Virus record (IMG/VR): IMGVR_UViG_3300020048_000034
From: an uncultured virus (IMG/VR IMGVR_UViG_3300020048_000034)
Lineage: Duplodnaviria > Heunggongvirae > Uroviricota > Caudoviricetes
Direction: 5' to 3' (one strand)
Length of the DNA stretch: 64,000 nt
The notes below the pieces were generated by a model, which saw only the letters and a program-made list of their open reading frames with translations, made no database searches and was not told the origin of the DNA. A program made the position numbers and the translations under genes. Positions 19,992 through 29,989 of this stretch are shown one piece after another. The number at the start of each line of letters is the position of its first letter. The first letter of the stretch is position 1.

Positions 19992-20447
19992 ATGAATAAT
20001 TTAAGAAAAGCAAAAGTTCTTTTAAAGGCTGCACTTACACTTTTAAATCAAAAAGAAAATTTAATAGCAGGATCAGATGATTTTAGTGATCTAAGTATTG
20101 AAGATTTAGCTAATAAATTACATAAATTATATGCAGCTAGTGATCCATTAAATCATTTTCCAGAGGGTACTCATTATATTGACCATAGAGGAATACATAA
20201 TATCATTTTAGGTGTCACTATTGATGATTCCCTAAATATGTGTAAAAACCACAATATTAAAGTAAGAACTAAGAAAAAATCTCCAGTAGGTAATTATAAA
20301 TTTAACTTTATAATTGCTCATACTAATTCTTGTGAATTACAGATCCATGCTGGTGCTGTAAGAAAAAGAGTAGGTGTTGCTGATAATGTCGTAACTATTT
20401 CATTCATACCCTTTGAATATGCTATGGTTCCTCAAATTAAAAAATAA
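19992..20447 (+). CDS. Leader-bearing hypothetical protein
   Basis: AAGGAG RBS; MNNLRKAKVLLKAALTLL leader. Confidence 0.8.
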   Translation: MNNLRKAKVLLKAALTLLNQKENLIAGSDDFSDLSIEDLANKLHKLYAASDPLNHFPEGTHYIDHRGIHNIILGVTIDDSLNMCKNHNIKVRTKKKSPVGNYKFNFIIAHTNSCELQIHAGAVRKRVGVADNVVTISFIPFEYAMVPQIKK

Positions 20448-20480
20448 AATATTCTATGCTGCTTAATATGGAAGAAAATT

Positions 20481-20759
20481 ATGGAAATTAGAAAAAGAAT
20501 GTCAGACTCAAATATTGGTATTCAGAAATATGGAAAAGTATTATTTGCTGACCCAGTAAATAATAAATATCCAATTGATACTGAGAAACACATTAGGGCA
20601 GCATGGGCATACATACACATTCCTAGAAATGCTGCTAAGTACTCTCCAGATGAAGTAGAAATAATTAAAAATGCAATTAGAAAAGAGTCTAAAAAATACA
20701 ATATTAATTTAGTAGCAAGTTTGATATCTTCAGCAATTAAATTACTACAAAAAAGATGA
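20481..20759 (+). CDS. Small protein with ADP..KYPIDT..HIRAAW.YI domain (DUF6582-like, recalled from phage head-associated proteins)
   Basis: Motif visible in the translation; family name from memory. Confidence 0.55.
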   Translation: MEIRKRMSDSNIGIQKYGKVLFADPVNNKYPIDTEKHIRAAWAYIHIPRNAAKYSPDEVEIIKNAIRKESKKYNINLVASLISSAIKLLQKR

Positions 20760-20793
20760 TATTCATTTAGTGAATAGCATTAAGGATTAAAAA

Positions 20794-22635
20794 ATGGACT
20801 ATATTGAACTAAATGCAAATTCTAGGAATATTGCTAATATTGATGAAGTGAAAAATTTTATTGACGAACTAATAAAGCATGAAAAAGAAAAATTAATAAT
20901 CAACTGGGTGACGAAAAAACTCAGAAAATATATTATTGATGAACTCCCATCAATTAAACCTTTTAGAGTTTATTATGGAGATGATGTAGATTCTTTCCCA
21001 GACTGGCTAAAAAAAGCTATTAAGGAAGAAAATGCTTTTACTGTGGTACTTAAAAATAAATTTGTAAATAGTTGCGTTCATATCTTAGATTATCTTAATT
21101 CTCTAGATGAAAAAGAGTTAAGTAAAATTTATAAAATTAATTATCCAGAAATGGATAACAAAGCTAAATTATGGACTACTAAACTAAAGAAAGAAACTGG
21201 TGAATGGGATGATTTCAAAGGTCAAAAAATTGTTAGGAAATACAAAGATGGTGTTAAATGGTTAGAATTATTTTCTCAAAAATGCTTAGATAGAGAAGGT
21301 TCACTGATGAACCATTGTGTTTCTACTTATCATGCAGACGTGAGAGATAAATTAGCTAAGATATATTCTTTAAGGGATGTAAAAAACACTCCTCAGTGTA
21401 CTATTGAAGTTAGAGATGGGGGAGTAAATCAAATAAAAGGATATGATGATCAAGAAATTGATTTAATTTTTTCAAAATATGTAAAAGACTTTCTTAATAA
21501 TCCAATTGAAGGAAGAAAATATGGTTTTGCAAAAGAACTATTCAATGCTTATCTAAAATATGAAAAAGGTGAGTATAAGATAAATAGTGATAGTACAATA
21601 AAAAGTGGTTTATTCAAGGGCGATTTAGATTTACGTGGAACAAATACTAAATTACCTAATAAGTTACATGTAAGAGGTGATTTACTCTTAAGTGAATATA
21701 AATTACACTTTTTACCAGATAATTTAACAGTAGATGGAACATTAGATTTATCTAATTCCAATATTAGACATTTACCAAAAAAGTTAAAAGCTGCACAATT
21801 AGATTTAACTAACACTATTATTGAAGAAATACCAGATGATCTAGAATCAAAACAAATTATTTTCTCTAAATCTAGAGTTTCAAAATTACCAGATAATTTT
21901 ACTACATTCAATTTATTTTTAGGTGGTTCTTCTATAAAATCTTTACCTAAAAATCTAGTTGTAACTGGAACTTTAAACTTAGAAGATTCAGATATTGAAA
22001 GTATTCCAGAGGATATAAAATTAAAAGGTAGTTTAGTATTAAATTATAAAATTAAATTTCTTCCTAAATCGCTTAGAACTATTAACGGATCATTAAATTT
22101 AGGAAATAATGCTATAATTACATTACCAGATAATTTAACAGTAAGGCATACTTTTTCCGGTGTTTCTTCAAAGATTAAACAATTACCAGATAATCTAACA
22201 GTTTTAGGAAAAATGAATTTTCCTAGTCATGTAGTAAAAATAGGAAAAAATTTAAAAGTAAAAGAACTGGAAATAGGATACTATTGTAAGATAGAAGTTA
22301 TTCCCTCTAACATAACTGTAAAAACTTTATTTATTAATTGCGATAATGTTGTTAAATTACAGGATAATTTTACAATTGAAGAAACTTTGCATATAAATAA
22401 TTGTGTAAATTTAACTGAGTTACCTGAAAATCTAACTGTTCCAAATTTAATTATTAGAAGTGATTCTATCTCATCTTTACCTATAAATTTAAAAGTTGAA
22501 GAACTTGATATTTCAGGTGCACCTAACATTAAGAAATTACCAAATGATCTGCAATGCAATGTAATTTATGTTAATTCTTCCAATAGATTGAATTTTACAA
22601 GTTCTAAATTTAAAAAGAAATTAAAAGTTCTATAA
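20794..22635 (+). CDS. PcfJ-like domain + LRR protein (paralog 3)
   Basis: RNIAN, PDWL, REG.LMNHCV, YSLRD..P.CTIE, QIKG; LP.NL.V repeats. Confidence 0.8.
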   Translation: MDYIELNANSRNIANIDEVKNFIDELIKHEKEKLIINWVTKKLRKYIIDELPSIKPFRVYYGDDVDSFPDWLKKAIKEENAFTVVLKNKFVNSCVHILDYLNSLDEKELSKIYKINYPEMDNKAKLWTTKLKKETGEWDDFKGQKIVRKYKDGVKWLELFSQKCLDREGSLMNHCVSTYHADVRDKLAKIYSLRDVKNTPQCTIEVRDGGVNQIKGYDDQEIDLIFSKYVKDFLNNPIEGRKYGFAKELFNAYLKYEKGEYKINSDSTIKSGLFKGDLDLRGTNTKLPNKLHVRGDLLLSEYKLHFLPDNLTVDGTLDLSNSNIRHLPKKLKAAQLDLTNTIIEEIPDDLESKQIIFSKSRVSKLPDNFTTFNLFLGGSSIKSLPKNLVVTGTLNLEDSDIESIPEDIKLKGSLVLNYKIKFLPKSLRTINGSLNLGNNAIITLPDNLTVRHTFSGVSSKIKQLPDNLTVLGKMNFPSHVVKIGKNLKVKELEIGYYCKIEVIPSNITVKTLFINCDNVVKLQDNFTIEETLHINNCVNLTELPENLTVPNLIIRSDSISSLPINLKVEELDISGAPNIKKLPNDLQCNVIYVNSSNRLNFTSSKFKKKLKVL

Positions 22636-22651
22636 TATAAGATGGTAAAAT

Positions 22652-25279
22652 ATGAAAAATAATAAGTATTTAATAGAATTAAATGCTAGAAACATTGTTA
22701 ATATAAAAGATATTTCTGATTACATTAATCATATCTCTTCAAATATAAAAACAGTAGAAATTAAAAATTGGGTATCTAAACAAGTTAAAGAATACTTGCA
22801 GAATGATATTGAATCAGTTGAAAAAGTAACTAAATCTAAATCTACTGATCCAGATTGGTTGAAGAATAGTGTTAAAGAAGGAACTGCATTAAAAGTAGAA
22901 TTAACTGATAATTTTAAGGATAATACAAATCTTATTTTAACCTATTTAGATATTATTGATGACAAAAAAGAACTTTCTAAAATTTATAAAATAAAATACA
23001 AAGAGATGTTAGATAAAGCTAATTACTATTTTATAAATAATGATTCTAAAGATATTACAGTAGTTAGAGAGTACAAAAGTGGATTTAAGTGGGTTACACT
23101 TGATTCATTACATGCTTTCAATAGGGAAACAAAGTTAATGAATCATTGTATATCTACTGATCCAGAGTACGTTAAAAAGTTAGAAAGTGGTAAAGGTATT
23201 TATTATTCACTTAGAAGCAGCAGTAATAAACCCCACTGCACAATTGAAGTAGAAAAAAGACAAATAATACAAATAAAAGGACATTCTGATGGTCCAGTTA
23301 TTCAAAAATATGTTAGATATGTTTTAGACTTTATTAAAAATCCTATTGAAAATAAATATAAGAAAATCCAAGGGAAGAATGATTTAATGAATATTGGTTG
23401 TATCTTACAAAAAGGAGTACTACACAATATTTATAAACTTCTAGATGGATTTATATATAATGGAACATTAGACTATACAGATGATAAATATTTAAAGAAA
23501 CTTCCAGATAATTTAACTATTAAAAGACATTTGAATTTAACTGGTACAAATATTACTGAATTACCAAAAAATTTAAGTGTTGGGGGAAGTATAATAGCAC
23601 GCAAAACACTAAATTTAAAAAAGATTCATTCCTCGCTAAAAACCTATGATTTAGATTTATCCGAATCTGGAATAGAAGAATTACCAGATGAATTAATATT
23701 AAAAAGAGATTTGAATTTAGTCAAATCCAAAGTTAAAAAACTTCCAAGTAGATTAAAAATTAAGGGTTCATTATATATTGAAAAAACAGATATTACAGAA
23801 TTACCAGAAGGTTTAACCTGTAGTTTTTTAAGTTTAGAGAAGACTGATATTAAAGAACTTCCAAAAGTTTTAAATATAGATAACTTAATATTATCTAAAA
23901 AAATTACTTTTTTGCCAAAAAATTTTAAATGTAATGGTTCTGTTACTTTTAGTAGTTCCTCTATTACTGAACTTCCAGAAGGGTTAAACATAAAAGAATT
24001 TTATGTTGAATCAATAAATAATGGTAAGTTAGAAAAATTACCTGAAAACCTTGTTACAGATAGACTAGATTTAACAGGTACAAAAATTAAAGAACTTCCT
24101 AAGAAGCTTAAAATAAAAGAATTACATTTATCAGAAACAATAAAAGAACTTCCATCTGATATTAAAGTAGACCTTTTAATTATACCTAATTATAGTGAAT
24201 TGGTTAAGCTCACTAAAAATTTAAAAGTTAAAACAATAGAGTTAAGCAATTACCTTGGAGGTAAAGATTTAATAAATAGTGGTACTGTAATAGAAGAAGA
24301 TTTATCAATATCTGAGTCAAACATACCTTCTATTCCTTCAGATTTAAAAATCGGTAGAAGTTTATATATGGATACAACATTAATTTCTAGTTTGCCTGAA
24401 AACTTAAATTTACAAAATTTAAACATTAGTCGTTGTAAAAACTTAAAAACTTTACCCGAAAATATAAAGGTTAGTGAATCATTTATAGCTATTGATAGTG
24501 TGATAGAAGAGTTACCAGAAAATTTTAATTGTAAACTTATAAATATAAGTAATTCTAAAGTTAAAAAATTACCAGAAAATTTAAAAATAGAAGAGTTAAG
24601 AATAGACAATAGTGATATAACAGAATTACCAAAGAAGTTAATAGTGGACACATTATACTTATACAATTCTAAAGTTACTTTTATTCCTAAAGAAATTACT
24701 ATAAAGAAAAATTTAGTTCTTCCAGAAAGTGATGTTATTATTGAAGAAGGAATAGATTTAAGTAATATAGAATTGAATACATATAAAAGTAAAATTAAAA
24801 AATTACCTAATAATTTAACAGTTAGAAATTTACTTTTAAATACAAAAATTAAAAAATTACCAAAAAATTTAACTATTTTAGATAGGGATAATAGTTTTGT
24901 AATTCCTACTTTTTCTCCTATAACTGAAATACCTTCTGATTTTAAATGTAATGCTAAAATGTATTTTAAAAGGTCTAGAATTAAGAAAATACCAAAAAAC
25001 TTTAAATTTCTTAATTCTGTTAACTTTGAAAGTTCAGAGTTAACAGTTCTTTCAGAAAATATGGAAGTTAATGGAGATTTAAACTTAAAATATTGTAAGA
25101 TGGAATATTTGCCAGAAAATTTAACTGTAAAAGGAGATTTAGAAATAACAAATCTTAACAGTAACAAAATTCCTGACAGTATAAAAATTGATGGTATGTT
25201 ATATATGCCTCTTAATAAGATACTTGATAATGTTTGGTATATCCCAGAACATTTAAAATCAAAAGTAGACCCTATATGA
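22652..25279 (+). CDS. PcfJ-like domain + long LRR protein (paralog 4)
   Basis: ARNIVN, PDWL, MNHCI, YSLR..PHCTIE, QIKG; about 600 aa of LP.NL repeats; ends IPEHLK like paralog 1. Confidence 0.8.
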   Translation: MKNNKYLIELNARNIVNIKDISDYINHISSNIKTVEIKNWVSKQVKEYLQNDIESVEKVTKSKSTDPDWLKNSVKEGTALKVELTDNFKDNTNLILTYLDIIDDKKELSKIYKIKYKEMLDKANYYFINNDSKDITVVREYKSGFKWVTLDSLHAFNRETKLMNHCISTDPEYVKKLESGKGIYYSLRSSSNKPHCTIEVEKRQIIQIKGHSDGPVIQKYVRYVLDFIKNPIENKYKKIQGKNDLMNIGCILQKGVLHNIYKLLDGFIYNGTLDYTDDKYLKKLPDNLTIKRHLNLTGTNITELPKNLSVGGSIIARKTLNLKKIHSSLKTYDLDLSESGIEELPDELILKRDLNLVKSKVKKLPSRLKIKGSLYIEKTDITELPEGLTCSFLSLEKTDIKELPKVLNIDNLILSKKITFLPKNFKCNGSVTFSSSSITELPEGLNIKEFYVESINNGKLEKLPENLVTDRLDLTGTKIKELPKKLKIKELHLSETIKELPSDIKVDLLIIPNYSELVKLTKNLKVKTIELSNYLGGKDLINSGTVIEEDLSISESNIPSIPSDLKIGRSLYMDTTLISSLPENLNLQNLNISRCKNLKTLPENIKVSESFIAIDSVIEELPENFNCKLINISNSKVKKLPENLKIEELRIDNSDITELPKKLIVDTLYLYNSKVTFIPKEITIKKNLVLPESDVIIEEGIDLSNIELNTYKSKIKKLPNNLTVRNLLLNTKIKKLPKNLTILDRDNSFVIPTFSPITEIPSDFKCNAKMYFKRSRIKKIPKNFKFLNSVNFESSELTVLSENMEVNGDLNLKYCKMEYLPENLTVKGDLEITNLNSNKIPDSIKIDGMLYMPLNKILDNVWYIPEHLKSKVDPI

Positions 25280-25293
25280 TAGGAAGATCTAAG

Positions 25294-26496
25294 ATGAAAT
25301 TTAATTCAGTAAATAAATTAATCACAAGAGCAATTACATTGTTAGAAGCAAAAGTTCCTTCTTTAAAAGAAAATACTAGAATTATAGTATTTAACCCTAA
25401 ACATAAAAAATACTTTCTAGGAACAATTGATAAAGTACTAGAAGATAGATATGTTATTGTTTATGATAACAACAATGAGAAAGTGCAGTACATGTTTCAA
25501 TCAGAACATTTAATTGGAAAAGGTGTTGATAAACAATACAAACAACCAATTGAAGAAGAGCAAGTAGGAAACTTTGTAACTAGTTACTATGTCAAACCTA
25601 CCATTATAATGTTACAGAAGAAAGAAGTTAAGGAAGAACATTCTTACATTAAGGCATTATCCTCTTTAAAAGAAAATGATAGAGTAATAGTATTTTGTCC
25701 TAAAAGAAAAACTATAACTATGGAAGATAGAGAATCCAGATATTTTACATGTTTCATTAAATCAGTTGAAATATCAAAGTCTGTTGTTGCTCCATCAATA
25801 GAATTTAAAATTAAGTTTGATAATGGAGGAGGAACATTCTTAATGGTTCCTACTAACATAGATTACAGTAAACTAAGTTTAAATTCTAAATTTTTAGATA
25901 TTGGGGAATTACAATATATTATAGGAAAAGCCAACACTACTAAGGAGGAACATGGTATTCCAGAGTATGAGTTATATAAATACATGACTGAATTATTTGT
26001 TAAACCTTCTATATTTAGTAAAAAATTCTCTAGTAAAAAAGAACAAGAAGAAATAATAAAACAGTTTAATGAGTTAAAACAAGTAGAACAACATGGAATA
26101 TCGGAGTCAGAGAAAAATCCAGATAATGGTAAATGGGTTTTTGATACTAATATAGGTAAAGTTAAGAATATAAAAGAAGTTAATTCTGAATATATGGATA
26201 TAATTGATAATCCTAATTATGATAAATCATCTAAAGATCCAAGATTAAGATATAAAAAAATTGCTATATTAAATGAGGAATATAAGAAGAAAGATCTTAA
26301 AAGAATAAAAGAAAATGCTAGAATAGATTCTTTAAAGAAAAATAAAAAGAAATACTATGATCCAGTGACGGATAAAGTATATGATCATATACCTGATGGA
26401 CTAGAAGTAGAACCAGGAGCTGATGATGAGTTTGATGGAAAACCAATTAGACTTAGATATCCTGGATGGAAGAAAACTTATAATAGGGGGTTTTAA
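25294..26496 (+). CDS. Leader-bearing protein with two SH3/Tudor-like repeats
   Basis: MKFNSVNKLITRAITLLEAK; repeated LKEN.R.IVF.P ... DN ... IGK ... I ... VKP. Confidence 0.6.
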   Translation: MKFNSVNKLITRAITLLEAKVPSLKENTRIIVFNPKHKKYFLGTIDKVLEDRYVIVYDNNNEKVQYMFQSEHLIGKGVDKQYKQPIEEEQVGNFVTSYYVKPTIIMLQKKEVKEEHSYIKALSSLKENDRVIVFCPKRKTITMEDRESRYFTCFIKSVEISKSVVAPSIEFKIKFDNGGGTFLMVPTNIDYSKLSLNSKFLDIGELQYIIGKANTTKEEHGIPEYELYKYMTELFVKPSIFSKKFSSKKEQEEIIKQFNELKQVEQHGISESEKNPDNGKWVFDTNIGKVKNIKEVNSEYMDIIDNPNYDKSSKDPRLRYKKIAILNEEYKKKDLKRIKENARIDSLKKNKKKYYDPVTDKVYDHIPDGLEVEPGADDEFDGKPIRLRYPGWKKTYNRGF

Positions 26497-26498
26497 TT

Positions 26499-26834
26499 TT
26501 GAAAAATGATATTAAAGAATTAATGGAAAGTGCTACTAGACCTAGAATTCCAGAAGGAACTAGACTAGTTGTTGAAGATCCTAGAAACAAAAATCATTAT
26601 TGGTTGTCAACAGTTAAATTTGTAAAAGAAAACGTTTTATACATTGAGCTAGACAACGGCGCAAAATATCAATTTTTTAAAGACTCTCATAGAGTTATTG
26701 GAAAAGGAGTAGATAAAGTTGTTACTCATCCAATTTTAAAAGAAGAAATTTGGAAGTTCATTAAGTCATTTTATGTTAAACCAGATGAGGATATGATTGC
26801 TCCAGAAAACATGAGGTATTTGAAAAAAGGATGA
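26499..26834 (+). CDS. Single-domain paralog of the 25294 repeat
   Basis: TR.VV..P ... DN ... IGKGVDK...PI..E....F..S.YVKP. Confidence 0.7.
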   Translation: MKNDIKELMESATRPRIPEGTRLVVEDPRNKNHYWLSTVKFVKENVLYIELDNGAKYQFFKDSHRVIGKGVDKVVTHPILKEEIWKFIKSFYVKPDEDMIAPENMRYLKKG

Positions 26835-26838
26835 ATTA

Positions 26839-27663
26839 ATGAAATCCTATTTTAATAAAATCATTCCAAATATTACTAGACTTAAATTTGATTACTTTGA
26901 AATTGATAAACAATTTAAGGACCCAAATGGATATATTCTAGAAAGTAATGAATTTAAAGCTATGAATCATTTTAAATTTGAAAATTCAATTATAGGAATA
27001 TATCCATTTAAAAATTTTTATATTTTAAGACATATTTATTTAAAATCTTTTTCACCAAATAGATCTATTATTTCCTCATATTATATTACTAGTGTACCTA
27101 TTAGTGGAAAGCCCTTAGAGTATATTAATAATAAAACATTAAAAATTCATGACTTGTTGTGTGAATGGGGAGATTCTGAAGATCAAACTATTTTAAAGAA
27201 AATGGAAGACTTAGGAATTAATAGTGCTTTTAGTAAATATAGTGGTGTTCTTTATCGTGGACTTAGAGTAGATGAAAAAATATTAGATCATTTAAAAAAT
27301 GGGTACTCAGTCAATTATAATGACGAAAATACTTCAACCGACTATCCTTTTTCTAGCTGGTCTAAAAATCTTTCTACTGCTACAAGATTTTCTGTAGATC
27401 CTCACGATTTAAAATTAAATAAATTTTTTGGTGTAATATGCGAATATAAACCAAAGAGTTATGAGATATTAATTGATATTAATTTGTTTGAAGAAAAAAT
27501 GTTTAATAATAGAGGATATTATAAATTTTTTAATGAAGAAGAAGTAATTTTAATTAATACTTCAAACTCAATGTTATTAAGACCAAAAGAATTATTATAT
27601 TGTGGTAGAGAAAATGGTTCTGTTATAAGGATAGATTATCCTAAATTTAAGAAAAAATTCTAA
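26839..27663 (+). CDS. Putative ADP-ribosyltransferase (R-S-E type)
   Basis: LYRGL ... FSSWSKN..TA..F ... EEEVIL. Confidence 0.65.
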   Translation: MKSYFNKIIPNITRLKFDYFEIDKQFKDPNGYILESNEFKAMNHFKFENSIIGIYPFKNFYILRHIYLKSFSPNRSIISSYYITSVPISGKPLEYINNKTLKIHDLLCEWGDSEDQTILKKMEDLGINSAFSKYSGVLYRGLRVDEKILDHLKNGYSVNYNDENTSTDYPFSSWSKNLSTATRFSVDPHDLKLNKFFGVICEYKPKSYEILIDINLFEEKMFNNRGYYKFFNEEEVILINTSNSMLLRPKELLYCGRENGSVIRIDYPKFKKKF

Positions 27664-28518
27664 TTTTTTGTATTAAAATATAATGAGGTATTTGAAAAAA
27701 GGATGAATTATTTAATATTAAGTGCTAAACTTTTAAGTATTTTTATAATAGTTTTCATAATTACAGCTATGGGATTTGGATTAATGGTTGATTATGGAAT
27801 TATTAAATAAGGAGAGAAAAATGAAATATTTACCATTTGAAATTGAACAAATTGAATCTAGAGCTATGGCTGGTGGGCAAATTGAAAAGTATATATCTAA
27901 AGTTGCTCAAGATGTATCTAAGAAACCCAGCACTTTAAGATTAATTTTACTTATTGCCAAAGTTATTTATAAATATGGAAAAATGTTTGCCTATGAAGAA
28001 TTTGAAATGATAATGAGAAGACTGTGGAAAAATAACTCTAAGGACTTTAAAGATAGAGGTTTTGGGATATAAGGAAAAAATATGCAATCAGTATTACTAA
28101 AGCTAGCATTTGTACATGCTCTATGTCAAATGGTTACTCTAGAGGATCAGATAGAAAGACAGATAGTCAAAGAAGTAGAACTCAATGCTTGGAATACTCT
28201 AATTTCTTCTCATGGTACTATACATATTAAAAAACTTCAAAAATTAACTCTAAAATTGAATAAGTTTTGCAAAGAAATGCAATGGGAAAGATTTAACATT
28301 CAAGCAGCTTTAAATTTTTCAATTCTTTTAATAGAAGACATATTTTCACACATCAAAGATGAGAATAGAAAGAAAACGTTTAAAGATTTAATTGATTCAT
28401 TAAACAAAGCATATTTTTTCTTCACTGAAAAAGAAGGAGAAAAGTATGATTTAATTGAGGAAGGTCTAAAAGCTAATATTCTTTGGAAAGAACTAGTTGA
28501 AAACTGAAGGAGAAAGAT

Positions 28519-29517
28519 ATGGAAAGAAAGCTAGCTACGGTTGAAGATATTAAAGAAATTCAAGCAATTCCTAATGCAGATAATATTGTTAAAGCTAGAG
28601 TAAGGCATTGGTGGGTTGTCATTGGAAAAGATCAATTTCAAGTAGGAGATAAGTGTATTTACTTTGAAATTGATAGCTTATTACCTGTTTACAACCCAAT
28701 GTTTGAAGGACTAGATAAATACAATTCTATTAAAGAACAAAATGGGGTTACTGGATACAGAATAAGAACTGTAAAATTAAGAAATCAGATTTCTCAGGGC
28801 CTAGCTTTGCCTTATACTGGTGATTTACCAATAGGCACAGATTTAACAAAAGAATTAGGAGTTGTAAAGTATGACCCTTATTTTGATTTCAAAATAAGAC
28901 TTCGTTCTGACAATGGTGCAGAAGGATTATTTCCCTGCTTCATTCCGAAAACAGATGAAGAAAGAATACAGAATTTAGAAATAGAAGAACTATGTAAATA
29001 TAATAATGATAGAAATCATAGTCAATTTAATGTAACAGAAAAGCTAGATGGAACTAGTTTCACCGCATATAAGTATGAGAGTGAATTTAAAGTATGTAGT
29101 AGGAATTTAATTCTTAGAAGGGATGAAAGTTCTATTTATTGGAAAATAGCCGTAAAGTATGATATTGAAAATATTATACCAGATAATTTTGCTATCCAAG
29201 GTGAAATAATTGGTGAAGGAATTCAAGGAAATCCTTTAAGAATTAAAGGTCAGGAACTCTATGTTTTCTATATGTACAATATTGCGGAAGGTAAATATGA
29301 TTTTAAAAATCTACCACTAAAACAAGTTCCTTTCTTTGTTCCATACAAAATAACATGTGACACAACTATTGATCAACTTATTGATTTTGCAAATGACTTT
29401 AAATCTAATATCAACAAAGAGAGACAAGCTGAAGGATTAGTATTTTATAGAATAGAAGATGGTATCAAACAAAGTTTCAAAGTTTTAAACAATAAATACC
29501 TTCTAAAAGAAAAATAA
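28519..29517 (+). CDS. RNA ligase (Rnl2/DRB0094-like, N-terminal OB fold)
   Basis: IPNAD, SQGL, KTDEERIQN, EKLDGTS, GEIIG.GIQGN, EGLV, K..N..YL. Confidence 0.9.
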   Translation: MERKLATVEDIKEIQAIPNADNIVKARVRHWWVVIGKDQFQVGDKCIYFEIDSLLPVYNPMFEGLDKYNSIKEQNGVTGYRIRTVKLRNQISQGLALPYTGDLPIGTDLTKELGVVKYDPYFDFKIRLRSDNGAEGLFPCFIPKTDEERIQNLEIEELCKYNNDRNHSQFNVTEKLDGTSFTAYKYESEFKVCSRNLILRRDESSIYWKIAVKYDIENIIPDNFAIQGEIIGEGIQGNPLRIKGQELYVFYMYNIAEGKYDFKNLPLKQVPFFVPYKITCDTTIDQLIDFANDFKSNINKERQAEGLVFYRIEDGIKQSFKVLNNKYLLKEK

Positions 29518-29861
29518 AAGGAGATAGACATGAATGAGAGATTTGAAGAATTACTAGGTAGATATGTTGAGTTTAGAGCTAAGGAATCCGAAGCTAGAGA
29601 AGTAAAAAACTCAATTGCTAAAGAAATTGATCAACTGATGACTGAGGAAAATCTTACTAGTATTAAAGTGTATATTACAGCATTAGAAGAAAATTATGAC
29701 TGTATGTATGAAGAAAGAAAAACTAAAAAGATAAACTATGAAGTTTTAAGAGAGTTGCTTTCTGACACCTTGTTTGATACAGTAGTAAAAGAGGACAAGT
29801 ACACATATCTAAAAATTGCAAAAGAGAAAAAAGAAAAACCTGTAAAGGAGAAAAAATAATC

Positions 29862-29901
29862 AAAAGCTACTTTCTAAAGAATAGAAAGTAGCTTTTTTTT
29901 T
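29862..29901 (+). terminator. Rho-independent terminator
   Basis: AGCTACTTTCTA/TAGAAAGTAGCT stem + long T tract. Confidence 0.85.
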
Positions 29902-29989
29902 GATCCTGTAAAAAATTCAAACAAAAATCGTTTAACTTAATTAGTGTTTTTACCAACTTTTATTGGAAAAAACATATAAAGGAAAAATT

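Noticed and set aside
15782..25167. Long minus-strand ORFs (15782, 21549, 22281, 23644, 24250)
   Set aside because: Antisense shadows of repetitive LRR genes; no RBS or motifs.
9440..25200. LRR repeats as a CRISPR array or DGR variable region
   Set aside because: Repeats are degenerate and protein-level; no identical repeat-spacer units, reverse transcriptase or adenine-specific template pair seen.
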